From: an uncultured Nitrososphaera sp.
Lineage (GTDB): Archaea > Thermoproteota > Nitrososphaeria > Nitrososphaerales > Nitrososphaeraceae
Direction of reading: 5' to 3'
Length of the DNA stretch: 40,045 bases
NCBI GenBank assembly: GCA_964460425.1
Contig: CAYWRR010000001.1
Span: forward strand, 1 to 40,045
Shown: piece after piece, positions 18,695 to 28,464 of the stretch
Layout of the letters: each line of letters opens with the position of its first letter
Numbering within the stretch: the first letter of the stretch is position 1
Translations under genes and position numbers: made by a program
Notes under the pieces: model-generated
What the model was told of the DNA's origin: nothing
Seen by the model: only the letters and a program-made list of their open reading frames with translations
The model's database searches: none

Positions 18695-20083
18695 ATGTCT
18701 TTCAGGATTGACAAAGATTCCCTTGGTGAAGTCAAGGTTCCGGCCACTGCCTACTATGGTCCTTTTACAACACGCGCAATCAACCACTATAAGGTAACTG
18801 GCCAAAAGGCCCATATCAACCTGATAAGAGCTTATGTTATGATCAAGCGCTCAGCAGCGCTTGCAAACAAGGAGCTCAAGGCACTTGACAACGACAAGGC
18901 GCTGGCGATCGTAAAGGCATGTGATGAAATATTAGCAGGAGATTTAATCGATGAGTTCGTAGTGGAGACGATCAACTCAGGCGCTGGGACTGCATTTAAC
19001 ATGAATACCAATGAAGTTATTGCAAATAGAGCACTAGAGATGCTTGGCAAGACAAAAGGCGAATATGAAATCATCAGCCCAAACGACCATGTTAACATGT
19101 CGCAGTCAAGCAACGACACCTTCCCAACTGCTATGCATGTCGCGATATTGCTAAACACGACGGAGACGATTGCCTCGCTTGATAAATTGATTGCTTCTTT
19201 GCAAAGGAAGGCAAGGGAATTCGCTGGGCTCATCAAGATTGGCCGGACTCACTTGATGGACGCAATTCCAGTCACACTTGGTGCCGAGTTCGAAGAGTAT
19301 GCTTATTCGCTCAAGCATGCAAGGGCGAGACTTGTTCAGGCGATGGATGGGCTGGACTATATCGGCCTTGGCGGCACTGCGGTAGGCACTGGGGTCAATA
19401 CTCCAAAAGGCTACAGACAGCTTGTCATTCGATACCTATCAAAGGTTTCAGGTCTGGACTTGAAGTCCTCTGAGAATATGTACTACTCTCTCCAAAGCAA
19501 GTACGACGTGGCAAATTGTTCGTCAGCTCTGCGCAATCTTGCAATAGATCTCAACAAGATGGCAAATGATATTCGAATGATGGCTTCGGGGCCGACGGCT
19601 GGATTCGCAGAAATTCTGATCCCAGCGGTGCATGCAGGTTCGTCGATAATGCCGGGTAAAGTCAATCCATCCTTAGCGGAATGTCTCAACATGATATGCT
19701 TTAACATAATAGGAAATGATGTTTCAGTTGCAATGGCAGCCCAGGCAGGCCAGTTAGAGTTAAATGTCATGTTACCAGGCATGCTGAAATGTGTCCTTGA
19801 TTCGACTGACATGCTAAAGAACTTCTTGCCTATATTTGCAGCCAACTTGGTGGATGGAATTGAAGCAAATAAGGACAGACTAGAATCATACATGGAGAAA
19901 AGCCCTGTATTGGTCACATTGCTTAACCCATATATTGGCTACCTAAAGGCAGCGGAAATATACAAGGAGTCACTTAAGACCAATAAGAGCATTCGTGAGC
20001 TGGTTCTGAGCAAAGGACTGATGACAAAGGAACAGATTGACAAGGTGTTATCAAAGGAAAACATACTTGGTGCTGCAGTCTAG
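18695..20083 (+). CDS. fumC: Class II fumarate hydratase (fumarase/aspartase superfamily)
   Basis: GAGTAFNMNTNEV, PNDHVNMSQSSNDTFPT, KIGRTHLMDA and GSSIMPGKVNP; aspartase not fully excluded. Confidence 0.8.
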   Translation: MSFRIDKDSLGEVKVPATAYYGPFTTRAINHYKVTGQKAHINLIRAYVMIKRSAALANKELKALDNDKALAIVKACDEILAGDLIDEFVVETINSGAGTAFNMNTNEVIANRALEMLGKTKGEYEIISPNDHVNMSQSSNDTFPTAMHVAILLNTTETIASLDKLIASLQRKAREFAGLIKIGRTHLMDAIPVTLGAEFEEYAYSLKHARARLVQAMDGLDYIGLGGTAVGTGVNTPKGYRQLVIRYLSKVSGLDLKSSENMYYSLQSKYDVANCSSALRNLAIDLNKMANDIRMMASGPTAGFAEILIPAVHAGSSIMPGKVNPSLAECLNMICFNIIGNDVSVAMAAQAGQLELNVMLPGMLKCVLDSTDMLKNFLPIFAANLVDGIEANKDRLESYMEKSPVLVTLLNPYIGYLKAAEIYKESLKTNKSIRELVLSKGLMTKEQIDKVLSKENILGAAV

Positions 20084-20481
20084 TTCTTTTGGTTTTGAAC
20101 AATGCCTTGCCTCATTCTTACAAGCTGCAAAATGGTTGTGCCAATAAGTGCTCCCTGCAAGATATAACCACCAATAATTAGCATTACAGCGTTAAATGGT
20201 CTTGAAAATGTTGTCATCATCTCGACGTGAGGTGATGCAATTGAATTACCCACCATTACAATGATTGCAAGCGGGATGCAGGCATATAGGGCTAATTTTG
20301 CAAGTGGTACTCTATTAACAGTCAGCCTGTCACCTAAAAAAATAACAACAGCTAGCGTAATGAATGATAGATCAAGTGCTATAGCCCTGTCGAGGAATTG
20401 CGGATCGCCAAAGGGGATCGCGATTGCACCTACTACGCTTATTGCCACAAGCACAATGACAACAGACGTAAAGAACATCAC
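20080..20481 (-). CDS. Hypothetical membrane protein (~4 TM)
   Basis: Four hydrophobic segments; start codon uncertain. Confidence 0.7.
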   Translation of the reverse strand: MMFFTSVVIVLVAISVVGAIAIPFGDPQFLDRAIALDLSFITLAVVIFLGDRLTVNRVPLAKLALYACIPLAIIVMVGNSIASPHVEMMTTFSRPFNAVMLIIGGYILQGALIGTTILQLVRMRQGIVQNQKN

Positions 20482-20553
20482 AATTTCTTTGCCAAAATTT
20501 CAATTAAAGGCTTTTGCTAACTATTAATAACGATCTTTAGTATCCTCACAGAT

Positions 20554-21606
20554 ATGAAGGCTGCACGGATAATAAAGACAAAGGAGCCCCTTAAAATCAA
20601 GGATGTTAACATTCCAAAGCCAAAGGGCGATCAGATTCTTGTAAAGGTTGAAAGTGCAGGTGTGTGCCATAGTGATCTACATCTGTGGGAAGGCGGATAT
20701 GCTGGCCCACAAGGTGTATTTATGAAAGTCGAAGACCGTGGTGTAAAGTTCCCTCTTACACCAGGTCATGAAGTTGCCGGCACGATACATGAAATGGGCG
20801 AATCCGTCATAGGTTTTTCCAGAGATGATAAAGTGCTAGTCTATCCTTGGATAGGCGAGGGCACATGCCCCTCATGTCGCGTAGGCGAAGAAAATATTTG
20901 TGATAGCCCAAGAAGCCTTGGAATATACCAAGACGGCGGCTATTCAGAAATGGTTCTTGTCCCAAGCTACAAATATCTAGTCAAGCTACACGGACTCGAT
21001 CTAAACTCTTCTGCATCGCTTGCATGCTCCGGCCTAACAGCATATACAGCTGTCAAGAAGGCAGAGTCGCATCCCGGTCAAATGGTTGTCGTAATCGGAG
21101 CCGGCGGCCTTGGACTAATGGCAGTGCAGCTTGCAAAGGCCACGACAAATGCGCGAGTAGCCATTGTAGACATTGATGAGAACAAACTTGCAGAAGCAAA
21201 GAGACTAGGAGCCGACGAAATTATCAATTCAGCAGCTGGCGACCCGGTCAAGGGCGTCAAGGAAGTCACTGATGGTCTTGGCGCGGAAACAGTTATTGAC
21301 TTTGTGAACAATGGCAAGACCGCGCCAAACTCGCTAAATATGCTAAGGAAGAGGGGTCGGCTTGTGATGGTAGGGTTATTTGGCGGTTCCCTGGATCTGA
21401 ACCTTCCGCTCGTTCCACTGCGGGCATTTACATTGACAGGTGCTTATACCGGCAAGTTCGCTGACCTGGTGGAACTGGTAGCATTGGCCAGGATGAACAA
21501 GATCCAATCACTAGTATCTAGAAAATTTACGCTAGATCAGGCAAATAGCGCACTTGAGGAACTCAAGGCAGGTAAAATTATTGGAAGATCCGTAATCAAT
21601 CCCTAG
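20554..21606 (+). CDS. adh: Zn-dependent alcohol dehydrogenase
   Basis: GVCHSDLH, GHE, structural Zn site E..CPSC......C and GAGGLG. Confidence 0.95.
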   Translation: MKAARIIKTKEPLKIKDVNIPKPKGDQILVKVESAGVCHSDLHLWEGGYAGPQGVFMKVEDRGVKFPLTPGHEVAGTIHEMGESVIGFSRDDKVLVYPWIGEGTCPSCRVGEENICDSPRSLGIYQDGGYSEMVLVPSYKYLVKLHGLDLNSSASLACSGLTAYTAVKKAESHPGQMVVVIGAGGLGLMAVQLAKATTNARVAIVDIDENKLAEAKRLGADEIINSAAGDPVKGVKEVTDGLGAETVIDFVNNGKTAPNSLNMLRKRGRLVMVGLFGGSLDLNLPLVPLRAFTLTGAYTGKFADLVELVALARMNKIQSLVSRKFTLDQANSALEELKAGKIIGRSVINP

Positions 21607-21825
21607 ATGATAGCAACTGTCCCATTCTCATGCTGTGTATAGGTATCTACCCTTTCTACAACCTTATTACTTTAGATATATCCTAACGTAGTCGCATATG
21701 GTACCAGTAGTGGTCTCCTAATAACCATACTGCCAAGCATAATATTATTTTTTGTTCTAGATGATTATGATATGGGACTCTAGCAATCTCTGAAGTCTTA
21801 TAAAGTTTAAGAACCTAAAGCTATC

Positions 21826-22329
21826 GTGACAAGCGAGAATAAGACTAATGACAAGACGGTGAGCAGGACAACTTCAGAACCCACGGCTGATGTCATAGTT
21901 ACTGAAGAGACAGCCATAACTACAGTACCAGCAAGTGACGTTGAGATAAATGAAATACGGTCTGAAACAGTAACATTGGATGAGGAAGAGTCAGTCTCTA
22001 TAAAAGCCAGAGAGGCAGGAAGATCGCTCAAAGATCTCATTTATTCGCTAGGCAGAAAGACCAAGGAGGTGACTGAAGAAAAAGCGCGGGAGCTTAAAGA
22101 GCAATCAGTCGACATTAGCACGAAAACAGATGCACGAGACATTCAGCACTTGGGCGATGATGTTGAAAAGCTAATAACAGTCTTTGAAGATACAATGACA
22201 GAGATCCGCAAAGAGCAATATGATGAGCAGGAAAAACTGCTCATGGGCTACAAGAAGCTGCTAGAGGAGCAGATTAATGTCATCAATGCAAGGCTGTCAA
22301 TGGCTAAGCGCTTGAAGCCAGGTGCCTGA
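21826..22329 (+). CDS. Hypothetical acidic coiled-coil protein
   Basis: Thr/Glu-rich N-terminus and helical C-terminus (YKKLLEEQINVINARL). Confidence 0.7.
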   Translation: MTSENKTNDKTVSRTTSEPTADVIVTEETAITTVPASDVEINEIRSETVTLDEEESVSIKAREAGRSLKDLIYSLGRKTKEVTEEKARELKEQSVDISTKTDARDIQHLGDDVEKLITVFEDTMTEIRKEQYDEQEKLLMGYKKLLEEQINVINARLSMAKRLKPGA

Positions 22330-22350
22330 ATGAATGAAGATCCCTCTCCG

Positions 22351-23742
22351 CTACTCTACCAGCAGTTTGCTTGTAATATCTTTTACCACCACAGATTTAA
22401 TATTGACAAACTCTTTGATGCCAAACTCGGAAAGCTCCCTCCCAATGCCCGACCTCTTGATGCCGCCAAACGGTAGCCGGGGGTCAGACTTTACCATTTC
22501 ATTAACTGACACTATGCCACTTTCAACCTGATGGGCCAGACGTATACCTCGATCAATGTTGTTTGTCCATATGCTTGCACCAAGTCCAAATTCAGAATTA
22601 TTTGCTTCCCGTATAGCTTCTTCTTCGTTGTGAACCACTATAATTGGGGCTGCTGGACCAAAGACTTCTTCCCTCACGACCTCCATATGATGGTTCACAT
22701 TTGATATTATAGTGGGCTCATAAAAGAAGCCCTGTCTGTTGACAGGCCTGCCTCCGGTTAGCACCCTGCCGCCCTTGTACTTTGCGTCGTCCACCTGCTT
22801 GGCAAGTGCCTGTCTCTGGCTATCTCTAACAAGGGGGCCTATGGTTGTCTTCGAGTCTAGGGGATCGCCAACGACTTCGGCTTGAGTATTTTCCACAAAC
22901 AGCGTTGTAAACTTGTCTGCAACTTCCTTTATGATGATAAAGCGCTTGGCAGCTATGCAGCTTTGGCCTGTGTTCAGCAACCTCGACTGCGTTGCCATGT
23001 AGGCAGTCTGGTTAAGGTCGGCATCTTCGAGCACGATAAACGGGTCGCTACCGCCAAGCTCTAGTACGAACTTTTTCAGATCCTGAGAAGCAAGCGCTGC
23101 TACTCGCCTGCCAGTATTGACGCTTCCGGTAACAGATATTGCGTCAATGTTTGACTGTACCAGTGCCTCGCCGGCCCGATAATCTCCTACTATTGCCTGG
23201 AATATGTTTTCTGGAAAGCCTGCATCCATGAATGCCTGCTCTATTTTTATTGCGCTTCCAAGGCAGATGCTCGAGTGCTTTAAAATACCTACGTTGCCAG
23301 CCGTCAGTGCTGGCACTGCAAATCTCATGACCTGCCAGAATGGAAAATTCCATGGCATGATACACGCCACAACTCCCAGAGGCTCAAACGATACGAAGCT
23401 CTTACGAAATTCAGTCGGTATTATTTCATCACGCAAGAACGCCTCTGCGCGTTCGGCATAATAGTCACAAACCCATGCACATTTTTCGATTTCTGCTAAG
23501 GATTGCCTAATGGGCTTACCCATTTCTTCTGTGACCAGTCTTGCGTATTCTTCTCTATTTTTCCTCATTACTCTTCCAAGTCTACGTATATATTCGGCGC
23601 GTTCTACAACATCCAACTTCTTCCACTTGGCAAATGCTTCTCTAGCAGCCTTAACCTTCCTGCTGACTTCATCAGCATTTATATTTTCATAAGTCGCAAG
23701 TATCTTCCCGGTGGCAGGATTTATAGTTTCAATCTTAGACAT
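22351..23742 (-). CDS. NAD(P)-dependent aldehyde dehydrogenase (succinate-semialdehyde dehydrogenase-like)
   Basis: IMPWNFP, TGS...G, LELGGSDP, NTGQSCIAAKR, EEVFGP and PFGGIKRSG.GRE; start MSKIETINP at 23742. Confidence 0.93.
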   Translation of the reverse strand: MSKIETINPATGKILATYENINADEVSRKVKAAREAFAKWKKLDVVERAEYIRRLGRVMRKNREEYARLVTEEMGKPIRQSLAEIEKCAWVCDYYAERAEAFLRDEIIPTEFRKSFVSFEPLGVVACIMPWNFPFWQVMRFAVPALTAGNVGILKHSSICLGSAIKIEQAFMDAGFPENIFQAIVGDYRAGEALVQSNIDAISVTGSVNTGRRVAALASQDLKKFVLELGGSDPFIVLEDADLNQTAYMATQSRLLNTGQSCIAAKRFIIIKEVADKFTTLFVENTQAEVVGDPLDSKTTIGPLVRDSQRQALAKQVDDAKYKGGRVLTGGRPVNRQGFFYEPTIISNVNHHMEVVREEVFGPAAPIIVVHNEEEAIREANNSEFGLGASIWTNNIDRGIRLAHQVESGIVSVNEMVKSDPRLPFGGIKRSGIGRELSEFGIKEFVNIKSVVVKDITSKLLVE

Positions 23743-23787
23743 CCGAAGCAATGCTTGTACTTCCGGACATAAGAAATTATGTGTATA

Positions 23788-23952
23788 TCCCGCGGGCAGG
23801 ATTTGCCCCAATTGGTTCTTGACCAGTTGTTTGAGCCTGCGACTCTTCGGTCACTGCGCGTTATTGTATGCCTGATAAGCTGCTTCACGTGGTCAGCTAC
23901 TGAGAAGCCAACATCTACAGCCGAAAGCTCTACCAGGCTGAGCTACCGCGGG
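23788..23952 (-). tRNA. trnY: tRNA-Tyr(GUA) with two introns (63 nt at 37/38: 23852-23914; 28 nt in the T-loop at ~58/59: 23803-23830)
   Basis: Acceptor CCCGCGG/CCGCGGG+A (C1-G72), D arm GCTC-AGCCTGGTA-GAGC, anticodon stem TTCGG/CCGAA with CT-GTA-GA loop, T stem GCAGG/CCTGC. Both introns have BHB-like junctions; the spliced length is 74 nt without CCA. Confidence 0.93.
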
Positions 23953-23992
23953 ACATTTCCGTTTTCTGCAAGAATACTATATAATTGTGGCG

Positions 23993-24946
23993 TCAGAGAT
24001 ATTTGGCAACATCCAGCACAAAATAAGAGATGATCTTGTCAGCGCCGGCCCTCTTCATTGAGGCAATAGAATGGACCTTCCATTCCTCTTCATTGATCCA
24101 CCCATGCATTGAAGATGCCTTTATCATTGCATACTCACCGCTGACGTTCTGCACTGCTACTGGATAATTGAATCTATTCTTTACCATCCTGACAAGGTCA
24201 AGGTACATAAGAGCAGGTTTTATCATAACCATGTCTGCTCCTTCGTTAATATCAGTTTCTATTTCCCTCAGGGCAAGTCTTGAATTAGAATATGATACCT
24301 GATACGATGACTTATCGAGTCGTGTAGTAATTCTTGCGAAAGCTGCTGACCTAAAAGGCGTGTAAAGGGATGACGCGTGCTTGGCAGAGAAGGAGAGTAC
24401 TGAAGCATCAAGCCTTCGAATATAAAGCTCTCTCTTGACTGCATAAACCTGTCCATCCATCATGGCAGAAGGTGCAACTACATCTGCTCCAGCTTCTGCA
24501 TGGCTTGCCGCGATCTTCGCTAGTACTTTTAGGGTAGCATCATTATCTACACCACCACCGTTGCAGACTATGCCACAGTGGCCTGTCAGGTTGTACTGGC
24601 AAACGCAAACATCAGTTATAATATTCATTGCATTTCCAAAGGATGACTTGATTTCCCTTATTGCGTCTTGGACAATGCCTCTTCTGTCAAAAGCAGACGA
24701 GCCAATTGGATCTCTGCTCTTTGGTATGCCAAAGATAATTATCGATGATATGCCGCTATCAACAATTGATTGGACATACTGCGAGATCCTTTGAATAGGC
24801 GTCACGGCTATACCTGGCATTGATTTTATCAGGCTTGGACTATTAGAAACGAATACAGGAAATACTAGGTGACTTTTGCTTAGGCCTGAGGAGAGAAATA
24901 TTGCTTTGTAAATTTCCTCGTCGCTACACGCATCTTGCCGCTGCAA
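23993..24946 (-). CDS. hemB: Porphobilinogen synthase (ALA dehydratase)
   Basis: DVCVCQY..TGHCG Zn site, APSAMMDG, SAK.AS..Y.PFR.A, MVMIKPA and VSGEYAMIKA. Confidence 0.95.
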   Translation of the reverse strand: MQRQDACSDEEIYKAIFLSSGLSKSHLVFPVFVSNSPSLIKSMPGIAVTPIQRISQYVQSIVDSGISSIIIFGIPKSRDPIGSSAFDRRGIVQDAIREIKSSFGNAMNIITDVCVCQYNLTGHCGIVCNGGGVDNDATLKVLAKIAASHAEAGADVVAPSAMMDGQVYAVKRELYIRRLDASVLSFSAKHASSLYTPFRSAAFARITTRLDKSSYQVSYSNSRLALREIETDINEGADMVMIKPALMYLDLVRMVKNRFNYPVAVQNVSGEYAMIKASSMHGWINEEEWKVHSIASMKRAGADKIISYFVLDVAKYL

Positions 24947-25052
24947 AAGATATCCTCACTGCTTGGCAAGCAGCCTATGGATATATGTTTTCACAGTAGC
25001 ACCCCAATAATCAATCACAAAACTCAAATGACATCTAGACGACGAAGCTAAT

Positions 25053-25946
25053 GTGCGCAGTATAACTGTCGGTATTCCTTCATACAATGAAAGGCAAAAC
25101 ATAGTAAACCTATTACGGGCAATTGAAGAGCAACACGCACCGATATTTGAAGTACTTATTTCAGATGATTCATCTGACAATACGCCTAGCCTTGTGCACA
25201 ATTTCGCTCGGCATTCATCGCTTGACATACAACTTTTTCACCATGATACAAGAAGAGGAGCTGCAGCAGCATGGAATGAAATTCTTCAAAGGGCAGCTGG
25301 CGACATAATAGTTCTTTATGACGCTGACACCATTCCTCATCCGTCTTGCACCGAGCACCTTACATCCCACATTCAAGGAAATGTTGGAATGTGCGCATCA
25401 AACTCTCAGCCAGTACAGGCAGCAGGCATAGCTGGCATGGCATCTGTATTCATCTCAAAATGGCTCAGGTCTGTGAGGCTAGCACAGTTATCTCAGTACA
25501 CAGTGATGGGTAGGGGACTTGCCATTAATTCTGGTGAAGCTAAAAAAATAGAGATACCAACGAACATGATCGCAATTGATCTTTATATGCAGTGCAAGGT
25601 TCTTGAAGCGGGCCGAGATGTAATTTACAATGACAGTGCAATAGTATACTTCAAACCTGCTGATAATATACACGATCTAACATCCCAGGTGATGAGGGCA
25701 GTCAATGGGCATAAGCAGATAGAGGCGTATGTCTCCTCATATGGCATTGGCTTGCCACAACGAGTGGCAATTGCCCATGCAATAAAGAATGCTGCCAAAG
25801 ATCCGCTTGGGGCCCTGTCAGTTACAATAGGATATACCCTGATACCGTACTACAGGTCAAGACTTGAGCATACTGACACAGCAAAGTGGCACACTGCTGC
25901 AAGCTCTAAAACAATAGACTACCAGCAACTTAAGACAAGGTTCTGA
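25053..25946 (+). CDS. Glycosyltransferase family 2
   Basis: VGIPSYNE, ISDDSSDNT and LYDAD motifs. Confidence 0.9.
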   Translation: MRSITVGIPSYNERQNIVNLLRAIEEQHAPIFEVLISDDSSDNTPSLVHNFARHSSLDIQLFHHDTRRGAAAAWNEILQRAAGDIIVLYDADTIPHPSCTEHLTSHIQGNVGMCASNSQPVQAAGIAGMASVFISKWLRSVRLAQLSQYTVMGRGLAINSGEAKKIEIPTNMIAIDLYMQCKVLEAGRDVIYNDSAIVYFKPADNIHDLTSQVMRAVNGHKQIEAYVSSYGIGLPQRVAIAHAIKNAAKDPLGALSVTIGYTLIPYYRSRLEHTDTAKWHTAASSKTIDYQQLKTRF

Positions 25947-26009
25947 CTGCTGAAACACTTTTTTATAACGGCGAGCTTTTGTAATGAAACAAGCGAGAAG
26001 GGTTTACCG

Positions 26010-26972
26010 ATGTCTGAAGTGAAAAGGCAGTTTGAGACAATCGCCATTAACGGGCTGCTGTGGATAAATATACAAAAGCCAACATCTTGGGACATTAATG
26101 CTCTTGGGCAGAAGTACCCATTCCATAGACTCAACCTTGATGATTGTCTATCTAAGATCCAGATCCCTAAGATTGACCGGTATGAAAGTCACATATTCAC
26201 TATTCTGCATTTTCCTACGCCAGACAAGGAAAAGGGCTTCCTCTTTAGTCAGCTTGCCATCTTTATGGGGCCCGATTATCTCGTGACAATCCACCAAGGA
26301 GACCTTAAGGCGCTTCAAGAGCTGTTCAATATGTGCAAGAGCGATGAAAAGCAAAAGCAGGCAATAATGGGTAGGTCGTCTGGCTATCTGCTCCATAAGA
26401 TAATTGATAGACTGGTGGATGACCTCCTCCACATTCTGATGAAGGTTGTAGGCAACATTGACGATATTGAGGACAGTGTATTTGACGAGCAAATATCGAT
26501 CCCACGCCAGATATCTCTTCTGAGAAGGGAGATAACAACCTTAAGAAGAATAGTCATCCCACTTCGCAGGACGGTAGTTGATCTGTCTAAGGATATCCAG
26601 CGCTTTTCGAGAGAAGATCTTGCTCCTTATTTCAAAGATGTGCAAGATCACATTGAAAAGGTATACGAAGCTTTGGAAGAGGCAAAAGAAACAGTAGAGA
26701 TCTACAAGGACACGGACTATATGCTCAGCCAAGAAAAAACCAACAAGATACTGGCCGTACTAACAATAGTATTCACGCTATCGATTCCAGCTGCAGTCAT
26801 TGGCACATTTTATGGTATGAACGTCAATCTGCCAGGCGGATTGGAAACTGGGTCTTGGACTCACCTGGGACCTTACACTGCTTTGATATTTGTTTTGGTG
26901 GCTTCGTCCATTTCTGCCCTACTTATGATATTATATTTCAGAAGACTTGGATGGTTAGGATCATCAAGGTAA
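26010..26972 (+). CDS. corA: CorA-family Mg2+/Co2+ transporter
   Basis: QIPKIDRY, D..DH, LT.......P...IGTFYGMN signature and two C-terminal TMs. Confidence 0.95.
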   Translation: MSEVKRQFETIAINGLLWINIQKPTSWDINALGQKYPFHRLNLDDCLSKIQIPKIDRYESHIFTILHFPTPDKEKGFLFSQLAIFMGPDYLVTIHQGDLKALQELFNMCKSDEKQKQAIMGRSSGYLLHKIIDRLVDDLLHILMKVVGNIDDIEDSVFDEQISIPRQISLLRREITTLRRIVIPLRRTVVDLSKDIQRFSREDLAPYFKDVQDHIEKVYEALEEAKETVEIYKDTDYMLSQEKTNKILAVLTIVFTLSIPAAVIGTFYGMNVNLPGGLETGSWTHLGPYTALIFVLVASSISALLMILYFRRLGWLGSSR

Positions 26973-27020
26973 CCGTTGAGGGTTCGATAGTTGCTATTTT
27001 ACCTAATAGATAAATAGTGG

Positions 27021-27647
27021 TTGCATTACTTCTGTTTAGGATTGGCCGGCATATGCGGCGCGGAGGCACGAGGGTATTTGTGCATTCCTCACGAAAGGCA
27101 ATCGAGCTCTCTACTCGAAAATTGGAAAAAAAATGACAATATTGTTGATATCTACTTTGTTACTGCAACTTTCTCTGAGGAAAGTACACCTTACTTCCCC
27201 AACAAGGCTAACCACTACATTCTCGCATCCTTCACAGATATAATTGGCATAGTGGATGATATCAAGAACCATAAAATGGACAGGTTGTCGCTCATGTTCA
27301 GTTTTTCCAATCCGCTCTTTGAGCGAACTGGTGACAAGCTTAACTATGTATCGCTGTACTTTACCAAATATACAAATGGCGATGCGGAGATAAGTGAGCT
27401 TGCAAATACCATTGCACGGCGCGAAAAGGTCAGGAAGGCTAGCCTTGCACAGATGAAGCTCCTGGTGTCAGAGCAGCCAAAATTCACTTTTCCTTACTCT
27501 AAGAACCTTCTAATTCTTGAAGTGGAAGGGAAGAAAACACATCAAACAGACCACAAATACTGTGAGCGTACAAGACGGGATGTCACACGCATGGGTATAT
27601 CGCTAAATAACCTAGTCAGCTTTTCTGTCCTTGAAAAACTAAAGTAA
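27021..27647 (+). CDS. Conserved thaumarchaeal hypothetical protein
   Basis: Long ORF between corA and aIF5A; the real start may be TTG 27078 (LCIPHERQ). Confidence 0.7.
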   Translation: MHYFCLGLAGICGAEARGYLCIPHERQSSSLLENWKKNDNIVDIYFVTATFSEESTPYFPNKANHYILASFTDIIGIVDDIKNHKMDRLSLMFSFSNPLFERTGDKLNYVSLYFTKYTNGDAEISELANTIARREKVRKASLAQMKLLVSEQPKFTFPYSKNLLILEVEGKKTHQTDHKYCERTRRDVTRMGISLNNLVSFSVLEKLK

Positions 27648-27691
27648 AATGTTAAATATGTATCCTTTTCTCTAGGCTTTGATTCAGATTT

Positions 27692-28096
27692 ATGAGCAAG
27701 CCAATGGATCTTGGCGCACTCAAAGTTGGTTCGTACATTATCATCGACGGAGAGCCATGCAGGATTGTTTCATACGATCACAGCAAGCCGGGAAAGCACG
27801 GATCTGCAAAGGCAAGAATCACAGCGCTGGGAGTATTTGATAGCAAACCCCATCCATTTGTTGGTCCTGTGTCAACTAAGGTAGATGTGCCCTTGATAGA
27901 CAAACGTAACGGCCAGATAATATCTAAACAGGGCGACACACTCCAGATAATGGATCTTGAAACCTTTGAAACCTTTGAAACAACTGCAGTAGAGGATGAG
28001 ATAAAGGACAGGATAGCGCAGGGAGACGTACAGGGCAGGGATGTCGAGTACTGGAAGGTGCTTGAAAGAATCAAGATAGTGAGGATTAAAGGCTAG
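27692..28096 (+). CDS. eif5a: Translation factor aIF5A
   Basis: Hypusine loop SKPGKHGSAK and VP.IDKR.GQ motif. Confidence 0.97.
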   Translation: MSKPMDLGALKVGSYIIIDGEPCRIVSYDHSKPGKHGSAKARITALGVFDSKPHPFVGPVSTKVDVPLIDKRNGQIISKQGDTLQIMDLETFETFETTAVEDEIKDRIAQGDVQGRDVEYWKVLERIKIVRIKG

Positions 28097-28141
28097 AAAC
28101 TAAAGCTAAAGTTCATACAATAGATCATATTATTGCTATAT

Positions 28142-28271
28142 GGATGCTGATGAGGAATATATTAGGAAGAGCCGGCTGATGTGAGAGAGAAACAGACAAA
28201 CAGACAGCCACACACACATATACACAAAAACACATCACTGATGATGAAGATTATGAGATCCTGAGGCATCC
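28142..28271 (+). ncRNA. Box C/D methylation-guide sRNA
   Basis: Terminal stem GGATGC/GCATCC; box C TGATGA 28148-28153; D' CTGA 28176-28179; C' ATGATGA 28241-28247; D CTGA 28261-28264. The D' guide GGAAGAGCCG is complementary to the conserved LSU rRNA sequence CGGCUCUUCC. Confidence 0.8.
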
Positions 28272-28464
28272 CTGCTATATTCTTATTATTAGAAATTTTT
28301 CTTGCCTCTGCGGTCTTGCTGGTGCCGTATGCAGATGCAACAACCTGTACCTTGACCGCTCAAGTATAAAGCTGATGTCGTCTAGGGGTCCTCATTTATA
28401 AAGACGCTCACCTCGTTAAACACAAACAAGAACTTAATAATTGAGCACACCTATTTATGCCTCT

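Noticed and set aside
23779-24033. 84-aa plus-strand ORF and the upstream extension of the aldehyde dehydrogenase ORF
   Set aside because: Both overlap the tRNA-Tyr gene
28184-28230. CA/GA-rich tract as a CRISPR array or VNTR
   Set aside because: No regular repeat-spacer units; it is the loop of the C/D sRNA. No CRISPR array was seen anywhere in the window.
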